Source of the DNA: Candidatus Ozemobacteraceae bacterium
GTDB lineage: Bacteria > Muiribacteriota > Ozemobacteria > Ozemobacterales > Ozemobacteraceae
NCBI GenBank assembly: GCA_965140445.1
Contig: OZ223236.1
Coordinates: forward strand, 2,304,001-2,368,000
Length of the DNA: 64,000 bases
Direction of reading: 5' to 3'
Positions 1 to 10,606 of the stretch are shown here, one piece after another. Made by a program: the position numbers and the translations under genes. How positions within the stretch are numbered: position 1 is the first letter of the stretch; every line of letters begins with the position of its first letter. The notes beneath the pieces are model-generated. The model was given only the letters and a program-made list of their open reading frames with translations, had not been told where the DNA came from and made no database searches.

Positions 1-59
1 GCTGGGAGAGCGCGGGCTTTGCAAGCCTGAGGTCAGCGGTTCGATCCCGCTATGCTCCA
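1..59 (+). tRNA. tRNA-Ala(UGC), 5' end truncated by window edge
   Basis: Anticodon arm CGGGC-TT-TGC-AA-GCCTG, T arm GGTTCGATCC, acceptor 3' strand ATGCTCC-A with U70; lies just upstream of 23S as is usual for spacer tRNA-Ala; CCA not encoded. Confidence 0.95.
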
Positions 60-86
60 CTCTAAAGAGGCGTTAAGCCTCTTTTT

Positions 87-99
87 GTTCTTTGAAAAT
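87..99 (+). promoter_or_regulatory. boxA-like rRNA antitermination element in the 16S-23S spacer
   Basis: GTTCTTTGAAAAT, matching Firmicute-type spacer boxA, between tRNA-Ala and 23S. Confidence 0.65.
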
Positions 100-199
100 A
101 ATATCTTTGATGAAAGACATCCAAAATTAAAAGGTCTTTTTGTAATGGATTTGCACGCAAGTGCGAGTGCAGTATGAAAGAATTGATCGAGTGCAATAG

Positions 200-3246
<3,047 letters not shown>

Positions 3247-3372
3247 TAGCATCTGCAGGTATTTATACTTAGCAGATCATCTCGATCAGATGCGGACCTT
3301 TTATTTTATTGAATTTCATCAAAGATATTTATGTGTTGGTGGGTGACAAGCCCACCAACATATTATAATTTT

Positions 3373-3488
3373 CCTGGTGGTAATGGTCTCGAGGAAACAC
3401 CTGATCCCATTCCGAACTCAGCAGTTAAGCTCGAAGACGCCTATGATACTGCGGGGGTGACTCCGTGGGAAAGTCGGTCGCCGCCAGG
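3373..3488 (+). rRNA. rrf: 5S ribosomal RNA
   Basis: CCTGGTGG...CCGCCAGG terminal helix, conserved CCCATTCCGAAC and GTTAAGC, ~116 nt, downstream of 23S. Confidence 0.96.
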
Positions 3489-3493
3489 TCTAT

Positions 3494-3526
3494 AAAAGCT
3501 CCAAGCAATAAAGCTTGGAGCTTTTT
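3494..3526 (+). terminator. rRNA operon intrinsic terminator
   Basis: AAAAGCTCCAAGC-aataaa-GCTTGGAGCTTTTT. Confidence 0.9.
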
Positions 3527-3763
3527 CCTTTTAGCCAGATTGGAATTTAGAGAGACTAGCAAAACCACTTAAAATTTGTTTTTTTGTCGTCTTTTTTTGA
3601 CTTTTTATTGAAAAATGTTTTTTTCCCAATCCATAAATAAAAAATATTTTAAAACTTTTATTTAAAAGAATTTTTAAGATCATAAAATATATTATTGTTA
3701 CAGTTTAATTTGCTTTTTGCTTGCGGGTAGGAAGTTCTTTTCTTATAATTACATTAATTAGCC

Positions 3764-4372
3764 ATGGAGGTTACTACTGTGTACCGAACCAAAAAAATGC
3801 ATATTTCGGCACTATTACTTGTATCAATGATATTCTCGTTGTTAATTGTACCCGCAGCTCAATGCGATATTTTTAGCACCGTTAAAGCGAAAACAGAACA
3901 ACTTCAATCATATCTTACCAGGGATACTGCACATAAAGCTGTTAAATGGTTTACCTACGGTGGTATTGCTTTGGGAGCCGTTATTGGTGTTGCTACGGGG
4001 GGTATTGGTGGCCTGTTAATTGGTGGTATTGCAGGCGCAGTTGTTTCAGTTATTGGCTGTAATGCTGTTGGCGTAAATCCAGAAACCCAATGGGAAATTG
4101 TAAAACCCAACGTAAAATTGCCTTGGAATTATAATCGACAAGTTCAGAAAATTGGTGGAGCTTCTTTGCCATCTGCAAGTCAGATTCAGGTTAGTGGAAA
4201 TCAGGAAACTGGCTTAATTAATTCTTCTGCATCTGTGGTAAAAGAAAAGTATCTTAGTGCTTATAAAGCATATACAGAAGCTGTTCAAAAGGGAAAATCT
4301 AACGCTATTGTCCAAAAAACTTTAGAAACATATAAAAAAGCCAAAGAAGAATTTAAAAAGCTTTTTAAATAG
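3764..4372 (+). CDS. Secreted/membrane hypothetical protein with glycine-zipper segment and C-terminal helical module
   Basis: N-terminal signal-like hydrophobic stretch; GGIALGAVIGVATGGIGGLLIGGIAGAVV glycine zipper; start may be slightly downstream. Confidence 0.75.
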   Translation: MEVTTVYRTKKMHISALLLVSMIFSLLIVPAAQCDIFSTVKAKTEQLQSYLTRDTAHKAVKWFTYGGIALGAVIGVATGGIGGLLIGGIAGAVVSVIGCNAVGVNPETQWEIVKPNVKLPWNYNRQVQKIGGASLPSASQIQVSGNQETGLINSSASVVKEKYLSAYKAYTEAVQKGKSNAIVQKTLETYKKAKEEFKKLFK

Positions 4373-4384
4373 AATGAAAAAAGG

Positions 4385-4412
4385 AACCGGCTTTTAAAGC
4401 CGGTTTTTTTTT
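4385..4412 (+). terminator. Intrinsic terminator
   Basis: AACCGGCT-tttaa-AGCCGGTT followed by T-run. Confidence 0.85.
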
Positions 4413-4596
4413 ATCCTAAAATTTGTGGGAATATCAGTCAGTGAGGTTATAAAAAATTTAATTTCTGGAACATTAGGGGAAATCTTTTACTCAAAAATGA
4501 TCCTTTTATTGATTTTTTTTAGCTTAGTCCATTAAACTGATAGGGTAAGTTAAATAAAAGTTTTGATCGGTTTTAAGGTTTAGGTAAAAGAGGTCT

Positions 4597-5121
4597 TTGG
4601 ATATGGGATACGCAGTTGAATTATATTTTGATCAAGATTCTGAAAAAATGATTATGGATTTGTTTGGTAGACTTGAGTCAGAGTGCCTTAATTATAATGC
4701 TAGACCGCATATTAGTTTGAGTGTACATGAGGATATTGATGTTGATGAATGCATTAAAATGGTTAGAGAAGTCTTTTCCGATGTAAGAAAAATTCCCTTA
4801 AGGCTATCTTCGGTAGGTGTTTTTAAAGGGGAAAGTAATGTTTTATTTATTGCTCCAGATGCAAACGATTTACTGACAGATTTACATTCTAAATTTCATA
4901 CTTTGCTTCAAAATTCGACTATTTCTACCTCTGAGTATTATTCACCCGAAAGTTGGGTTCCTCATTGTACTATTGATTTTGACATTCCATTAGAGGGCCT
5001 TGGAGATAAAGAAAAAATAGCTCATGAAAATTTTCATCCCTTCCAGGCTCAAATTGCCGGTGTAGGGATCGTTAAATTTAAACCTTTTGTAGAAATTTTT
5101 TCTATGCATTTGCATCTATGA
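4597..5121 (+). CDS. 2H phosphoesterase / 2'-5' RNA ligase-like family protein
   Basis: Two HxS/T motifs (PHISL, PHCTI) with typical spacing. Confidence 0.85.
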   Translation: MDMGYAVELYFDQDSEKMIMDLFGRLESECLNYNARPHISLSVHEDIDVDECIKMVREVFSDVRKIPLRLSSVGVFKGESNVLFIAPDANDLLTDLHSKFHTLLQNSTISTSEYYSPESWVPHCTIDFDIPLEGLGDKEKIAHENFHPFQAQIAGVGIVKFKPFVEIFSMHLHL

Positions 5122-6188
5122 ATGAAAAAAATGCTCTAAATAATTCTATAGAAGGATGTATCCTTGGTACTGCAGTGGGAGATTCTTTAGGATTACCGGT
5201 AGAGTTCTTGAAGCCCTCCAGAATACCTTACTTTTTAGGCACTGAACTGAAGCAAAACTTTTTTCTGGGAAAAGGTTTTGTTTCAGATGATACGGATCAC
5301 GCTTGTTTTGTTGCACAAGCTCTTTGTAAACATTTTAAAAACCCAGTTGAATTTCAAAACCAGCTTTCGTGGTATTTAAGGCTTTGGCTAATTTCTTTAC
5401 CTGCTGGTATTGGCCTGGCCACCCTTAAAAGCACTTTTAAACTTTGGTTAGGCTTTTCACCATCAAATTCCGGTGTTTTTTCTGCGGGGAATGGACCTGC
5501 TATGAGAAGCCCTTTATTAGGTGTTATCTATGGGGAAGATCAGGATTTACTAAAGGATTTTGTCAAAAGATCCACGGAGCTAACTCATTCTGATCCAAAA
5601 GCTTTTCAAGGTGCCTTGATTGTAGCGCTTGCAGCTTATAAATCTTCTATAAATTCAAATTGCAGTGGCCCGGAATTTCTTGAAGAAATTTTTTTACTAT
5701 GCCCTGATTTGGATGGGGAATTTAGAGAAATTTTAACCAGGGCGGTATATTCTTCAGAGAAAAACCTTTCTCTTTTGAGTTTTTGTGAAAGCGAAGGTTT
5801 TAAAAACGGTGTTTCAGGCTATATTGTGCACAGCGTTTGTTCCATTATTCATGTATGGCTCAGGAAAAGAAAGCAATTTGCTTCTGCTATTGAAGAAATA
5901 ATCTTTGTTGGTGGGGATACTGATAGTACTGCAGCTATCCTGGGAGCGATTATTGGTGCAGGCTCCGGTAAGGAAAGCATTCCAAGACAATGGCTTGAAA
6001 ATCTGGCTGAGTGGCCTAGAAATGTTTTGTTTATGGAGAATCTTTCCAATAGTCTTGCTATGGCAATAGAATCAAAGGAAACTCGAGATGCCCCAAAAGC
6101 GCTTTGGCTTTTTTCCTTACTAAGAAATTTGATCTTTATTGGAATCATTATTCCAAAAGCTTTAAGAAGATTGTTTCCGCCTTATTGA
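5118..6188 (+). CDS. ADP-ribosylglycohydrolase family protein
   Basis: GTAVGDSLG, SDDT, GNGPAMR, THSD, GGDTDSTAAILG motifs; ATGA overlap with upstream gene. Confidence 0.92.
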   Translation: MNEKNALNNSIEGCILGTAVGDSLGLPVEFLKPSRIPYFLGTELKQNFFLGKGFVSDDTDHACFVAQALCKHFKNPVEFQNQLSWYLRLWLISLPAGIGLATLKSTFKLWLGFSPSNSGVFSAGNGPAMRSPLLGVIYGEDQDLLKDFVKRSTELTHSDPKAFQGALIVALAAYKSSINSNCSGPEFLEEIFLLCPDLDGEFREILTRAVYSSEKNLSLLSFCESEGFKNGVSGYIVHSVCSIIHVWLRKRKQFASAIEEIIFVGGDTDSTAAILGAIIGAGSGKESIPRQWLENLAEWPRNVLFMENLSNSLAMAIESKETRDAPKALWLFSLLRNLIFIGIIIPKALRRLFPPY

Positions 6189-6218
6189 TTTTATTTTTTT
6201 ACATTTAGGAAGGTAGAT

Positions 6219-6848
6219 ATGCAGAAATTTGATATTAGCAACTGGAAAAGAAAAACTGCTTTTTATTTTTTTCAGGATTTTGAAAAGCCTTTTTTTAACA
6301 TATGCGCAAATCTTGATGTTTCAAATTTAAGAAAAACCTGTAAGCAAAAAAATGCTTCTTTTTTTTCTGCCTCTTTATTCTTAGCAATTAAGGCTGCCAA
6401 TTCTATTTTAGAATTTAAGCTTAGACTTCGCGGAAGAGAAGTTATTGTTCATGATCAATTAAATGTTGGGTCAACAGTTCTAAACGAAGATGAAACCTTT
6501 AGTTTTTGCTATTTTGATTTTTGTGAAGACTTTGAAGAGTTTCAGAAAGTGTTTAAAAAAGAAATAGAAGAAAACAAATTGAGAGGCACCTCCATGGAAG
6601 AGTCGGCTGGGATAGATGATTTAATTCATTTTTCAGTTATTCCATGGGTTTCTTTTACCTCCTTTTCACATGCGAGAAAGATAGATCCAACAGATTCTGT
6701 TCCTAGAATTGTTTTTGGTAAGTTTTTTGAAGAATCAGAAAAAGTGCTAATGCCGGTTTCGGTTGAGGCGCATCATGCGTTAGTGGACGGTATTCATGTT
6801 GGAAAATTTTTTGAGATTTTTCAAAATTTGTTGAATGAAGGAATTTAG
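6219..6848 (+). CDS. cat: CatA-like chloramphenicol acetyltransferase family O-acetyltransferase
   Basis: W-K-R N-terminus, SVIPWVSFTS, FGKF, catalytic HHALVDGIH. Confidence 0.85.
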   Translation: MQKFDISNWKRKTAFYFFQDFEKPFFNICANLDVSNLRKTCKQKNASFFSASLFLAIKAANSILEFKLRLRGREVIVHDQLNVGSTVLNEDETFSFCYFDFCEDFEEFQKVFKKEIEENKLRGTSMEESAGIDDLIHFSVIPWVSFTSFSHARKIDPTDSVPRIVFGKFFEESEKVLMPVSVEAHHALVDGIHVGKFFEIFQNLLNEGI

Positions 6849-6938
6849 TTTATTACTCATTGCGTTTGGTAAAAATTAGAATAGGTTACATATATAATCT
6901 TTAAAAATAGTTTATGCGGCCAAAATTTGGAGGAAAGA

Positions 6939-8825
6939 ATGAAAAATATGGGGGATATGCTTCTTGCTCAGGAGCCTTTTTCTGAGATTACCATGGGGAA
7001 CACAGCTTTGGTTAGAGCGATGGTTGAAGCAGGCACGAGAGTTGTTACTTCTTATCCAGGATCGCCAACACCAGAAGTCGCTTCTGCGATAAAAACTATT
7101 CCGTTGGACAAAAGACCATTTTACTTTGAGTTTTCAACCAACGAAAAGGTGGCGACAGAAGTTGCTTATGGCGCTTGTGTGAATGGTCATTTATCCACTG
7201 TCTTTTTTAAAAGTGTTGGCCTAAATGTGGCTGCAGACACTTTTGTTCAGCTTGGTCATATGAACCTGATCGGCGGAATGGTAATAGTGCTTGGCGATGA
7301 CCCTGGAGCAAATTCATCTCAGAATGAACAAGACAATAGACATTTTGCGCGATTAAGCTATACACCAATCCTGGAGCCAGCTTCTCCTCAAGAGGTCTAT
7401 AGTTTTTACCTTCAGGCAGCAAAGCTTTCACAAGAATTGCATATTCCTGTTATTTTGCGTTTGACTACTCATGTCTGCCATTTTAAGCAAAAAGTAAAAT
7501 TTGGTTCTTACAAACCTTTTGATTTCGATAATAGTCCGAGGTTTGATGTTGCTAATGGACCATATGTCCCTATAACATCACTTGTTTTCCCCATGAAACG
7601 TAGAGCTTTAAACAAAATCGAAGAATTGAAAAGTTCCTCTGTCCATAAAACTCTATGTCAGACAGTAGACAATGGAAACAAAAAAAGAGGGATAATTACT
7701 TTTGGTTTACCATTTTTGTCACTGCTGGACGTTTTGGAGGAAGTCGACGACAAGCCTGATATTTTGAAACTTGGAATGATTCACCCCTTTCCTCCAGAAT
7801 TGATTGAAGAATTTTTGAACAACCATGAGGAGATAAAGATTCTTGAAGAATTAGATAATGTATTGGAGCTGGAAATCAAGGCTTTGGCTTATGAGAAGGG
7901 GATTAAAAGTAAAATTATTGGTAAATCAAACCTCGAAGACTGGATGGGAGAATATACTCCAGATAAGGTGTCCGAGGTTATAAAAAACTGCTGGCCGGAT
8001 TTAATCGCAGAAGGTGATTTGCAGAGAGAAATTCCAAATGTTGCTGCTCGCCCAGCCCAAATGTGTCCAGGTTGTGGTCATAGGAGCGCGTATCATGCCA
8101 TCAAAAAGGCTTTAAAAGACAATGACATTAAAGTTGCGGATATTGGCTGTCATACCTTGGGCTTTTTGCCACCATATAAGATGGGTGAATTGCTTATGTG
8201 CATGGGTGCGTCATCTGGTATTGGAGCTGGCTTGTCCCTGTTTAATTCGGAAAGGCGTGTCGTGGCTTTTCTAGGTGATTCCACATTTTTTCATGCTGGC
8301 ATTCCTGGGATAATTAACGCAGTTTTTAATAAGCACAATTTGACTCTGATAATTATGGAAAATGGAACGACTGCTATGACCGGGCATCAGGATCATGCTG
8401 CCAGTGGTAGTAATTTCAATGAAGTTGTAGAAAAAATTCCTGTTAGAAGTGTTCTGGAAGGAATTGGAGTAAAAAATATTCATGAAGTCGACACCTACCA
8501 GCAGAATAAGCTGACAGAACTTGTAGAAAAAGCAATATCTGAAGAAGGTTTCAGCGTAGTTATTGCCAAACATCCTTGCATGCTTAAGCTTATGAGGGAA
8601 ATGAAAAAGAAGCCTGGTTATAAAAAGCGAATGGTAAAAGTCGATAAGGAAACTTGCTCAAAAAGTTATGAATGCGTGAAAGATTTTGCTTGTCCAACTT
8701 TTGTTTTGCATGAAGACGGGACAGTAACCACTAATCCTGATTTATGCATTGGTGATGGATCATGTTTGCAAACATGCCCGTCAAAAGCTATTGGAAAACC
8801 AGAAGTTGTGGAAGGCAAGGAGTAA
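6939..8825 (+). CDS. iorA: Indolepyruvate:ferredoxin oxidoreductase alpha subunit
   Basis: YPGSP, NEKVA, DDPGANSSQNEQD, CPGCGH, DIGC, GDSTFFH TPP motif, C-terminal ferredoxin Cys; SD GGAGG before ATG 6939. Confidence 0.9.
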   Translation: MKNMGDMLLAQEPFSEITMGNTALVRAMVEAGTRVVTSYPGSPTPEVASAIKTIPLDKRPFYFEFSTNEKVATEVAYGACVNGHLSTVFFKSVGLNVAADTFVQLGHMNLIGGMVIVLGDDPGANSSQNEQDNRHFARLSYTPILEPASPQEVYSFYLQAAKLSQELHIPVILRLTTHVCHFKQKVKFGSYKPFDFDNSPRFDVANGPYVPITSLVFPMKRRALNKIEELKSSSVHKTLCQTVDNGNKKRGIITFGLPFLSLLDVLEEVDDKPDILKLGMIHPFPPELIEEFLNNHEEIKILEELDNVLELEIKALAYEKGIKSKIIGKSNLEDWMGEYTPDKVSEVIKNCWPDLIAEGDLQREIPNVAARPAQMCPGCGHRSAYHAIKKALKDNDIKVADIGCHTLGFLPPYKMGELLMCMGASSGIGAGLSLFNSERRVVAFLGDSTFFHAGIPGIINAVFNKHNLTLIIMENGTTAMTGHQDHAASGSNFNEVVEKIPVRSVLEGIGVKNIHEVDTYQQNKLTELVEKAISEEGFSVVIAKHPCMLKLMREMKKKPGYKKRMVKVDKETCSKSYECVKDFACPTFVLHEDGTVTTNPDLCIGDGSCLQTCPSKAIGKPEVVEGKE

Positions 8826-8828
8826 GTT

Positions 8829-9407
8829 ATGAAAAAATTTGATATTTATTTGTCTGGAGTAGGTGGGCAAGGAATAGGGCTGATTAGTGAAATTCTTCTT
8901 CGAGCTGTAGATCATGCGGGGTTGAATTCATGTGGGGTAGATACCCATGGGTTAGCTCAGCGTGGTGGAGTAGTTGCATCACAATTGCGAATTGGAGAAA
9001 ATATTTTTTCACCAGTAGTCCGCAAAGGTCGTGTGGACCTGGTTATTGCATTAGAGCGCCATGAGGCTTTAAGAGCAGCTGCTCCCTATTTGAAAAAAGG
9101 CGGAATCCTTGTTTATTATAATGCCGTTTGGCAGCCCCTAAGTGTCAGATTGGGATCATCTGAAGAAACTTCAGAAGAAGCCGTGGAAGAATTTTGTAAA
9201 AAGAATGATATTAAAGTCTTTAATGTTCATATCCCCAATCTTGAAGATGCAAGGATGCAGAATATTGCGTTGCTTTCATGCATAGAAAAGCATCAGTTGA
9301 TTCCTGGTGTAAAAAAGGAACATTATCTTGCTGCAATGAATGATCTCATGACTGGAAATATGCTTAGTAAAAATCTTGAGCTATTTGAATTGCAGACAGG
9401 AAAGTAG
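8829..9407 (+). CDS. iorB: Indolepyruvate:ferredoxin oxidoreductase beta subunit
   Basis: GVGGQG, HGLAQRGG, E-x-x-EALR motifs; adjacent to iorA. Confidence 0.88.
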   Translation: MKKFDIYLSGVGGQGIGLISEILLRAVDHAGLNSCGVDTHGLAQRGGVVASQLRIGENIFSPVVRKGRVDLVIALERHEALRAAAPYLKKGGILVYYNAVWQPLSVRLGSSEETSEEAVEEFCKKNDIKVFNVHIPNLEDARMQNIALLSCIEKHQLIPGVKKEHYLAAMNDLMTGNMLSKNLELFELQTGK

Positions 9408-9522
9408 ACCTGGACAGTATCGTTTTTCACTAATTAGTTGTTAGTTGCGTTGCAAAATAAAGCTTGACATTTTGCAGCAATTTTGGCATTCATTATGTAT
9501 TAAAGGTCTCAAGGAGATAATA

Positions 9523-10509
9523 ATGCCAAAATACGCAAAAATTATTAGTAGTGCAGCATATATTCCCGAAAACGAACATCCAAATTCCGAATTTGCTGAA
9601 AGATTTGGAGAAGAGTTTGTTTCCAAATCAGAAGGTGCAACTGGAATTCTAACAAGATTTTATGCCCCAGAAGACTGGGCGGCCTCTGATATGGCTGTCG
9701 AAGCTTGCAAAAGAGCTATGGCGGAAGCAAACCTGTCTCCAGATGAAATAGATCTTCTTGTATTAGGAACCGACACCCCTGATTACATTACTCCAGCGAC
9801 TTCTGTTGTTGTGCAGCACAAACTAGGCCTCACTAAAGCAGGCACATTTGATGTTGGTTGTGCGTGTGCGTCATTTCCAACTGGTTTGGCCATTGCTTCA
9901 GGAATGATGGCTACTCAGCCCAACATTAAAAAAGCTCTTGTTGTTGGCGTTTATATGATGCATAAGCTTGCTGATCTGGAAAATGATCCAATGAGCTTCT
10001 ACTATGGAGATGGGGCTGGTGCAGTTGTGTTATCAACTTCAGATAAACCAGGCTTTGTTTCATCTGCATTGTATGCCGATGGATCATATAATAAAAACTG
10101 GGGTATCTTTTCAGGTGGAACTTTTGAACCTGTTACTGCCGAATCATTAGAAGCAGGAAGAACTAAGGTTAGATTGGTAGAAGCTTTCCCTTCTTTTGTA
10201 AATAAAGATGGGTGGCCACAAAGAGTTCGAGAAGTTGCCCAAAATGGTAATTTCGAAATTAAAGATATTGATCACATTGTTTTTACTCAGGTAAGAAGTA
10301 AGACTATCTCTGATGTTATGGAAGTACTTGGTTTACCAGAAGAAAAAGCAGTGAAAATTATGGATAGATATGGATATATGGGTTCTGCATGTTTGCCAGT
10401 GGCTTTTGATGTGGCAAGAAAAGAGAATCTTGTAAAAGAAGGCGATCTGGTTGTATTCGTAGGTTCAGGAGTCGGATATAACCAATGCGCTGTTGCATTC
10501 AGACTTTAA
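9523..10509 (+). CDS. 3-oxoacyl-ACP synthase III (FabH)-family protein with atypical active site
   Basis: TGILTR, TDTPDY..PATS, ACASF nucleophile Cys, GDGAGA, GSGVG; SD AAGGAG before ATG 9523. Confidence 0.85.
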   Translation: MPKYAKIISSAAYIPENEHPNSEFAERFGEEFVSKSEGATGILTRFYAPEDWAASDMAVEACKRAMAEANLSPDEIDLLVLGTDTPDYITPATSVVVQHKLGLTKAGTFDVGCACASFPTGLAIASGMMATQPNIKKALVVGVYMMHKLADLENDPMSFYYGDGAGAVVLSTSDKPGFVSSALYADGSYNKNWGIFSGGTFEPVTAESLEAGRTKVRLVEAFPSFVNKDGWPQRVREVAQNGNFEIKDIDHIVFTQVRSKTISDVMEVLGLPEEKAVKIMDRYGYMGSACLPVAFDVARKENLVKEGDLVVFVGSGVGYNQCAVAFRL

Positions 10510-10551
10510 AGGTTGATTGGATTCTTCAACCAACCTCTGCACAAAAAAATT

Positions 10552-10579
10552 AACGGGCTGCGAGCAGCCCGTTTTTTTT
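10552..10579. terminator. Bidirectional intrinsic terminator
   Basis: A-run, AACGGGCTG-cgag-CAGCCCGTT, T-run between convergent genes. Confidence 0.85.
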
Positions 10580-10606
10580 GTATTTAAACTTCTGTTTTAT
10601 TTGGAA

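Noticed and set aside
3331..3363. Strong hairpin between 23S and 5S
   Set aside because: Consistent with ordinary rRNA spacer/processing structure
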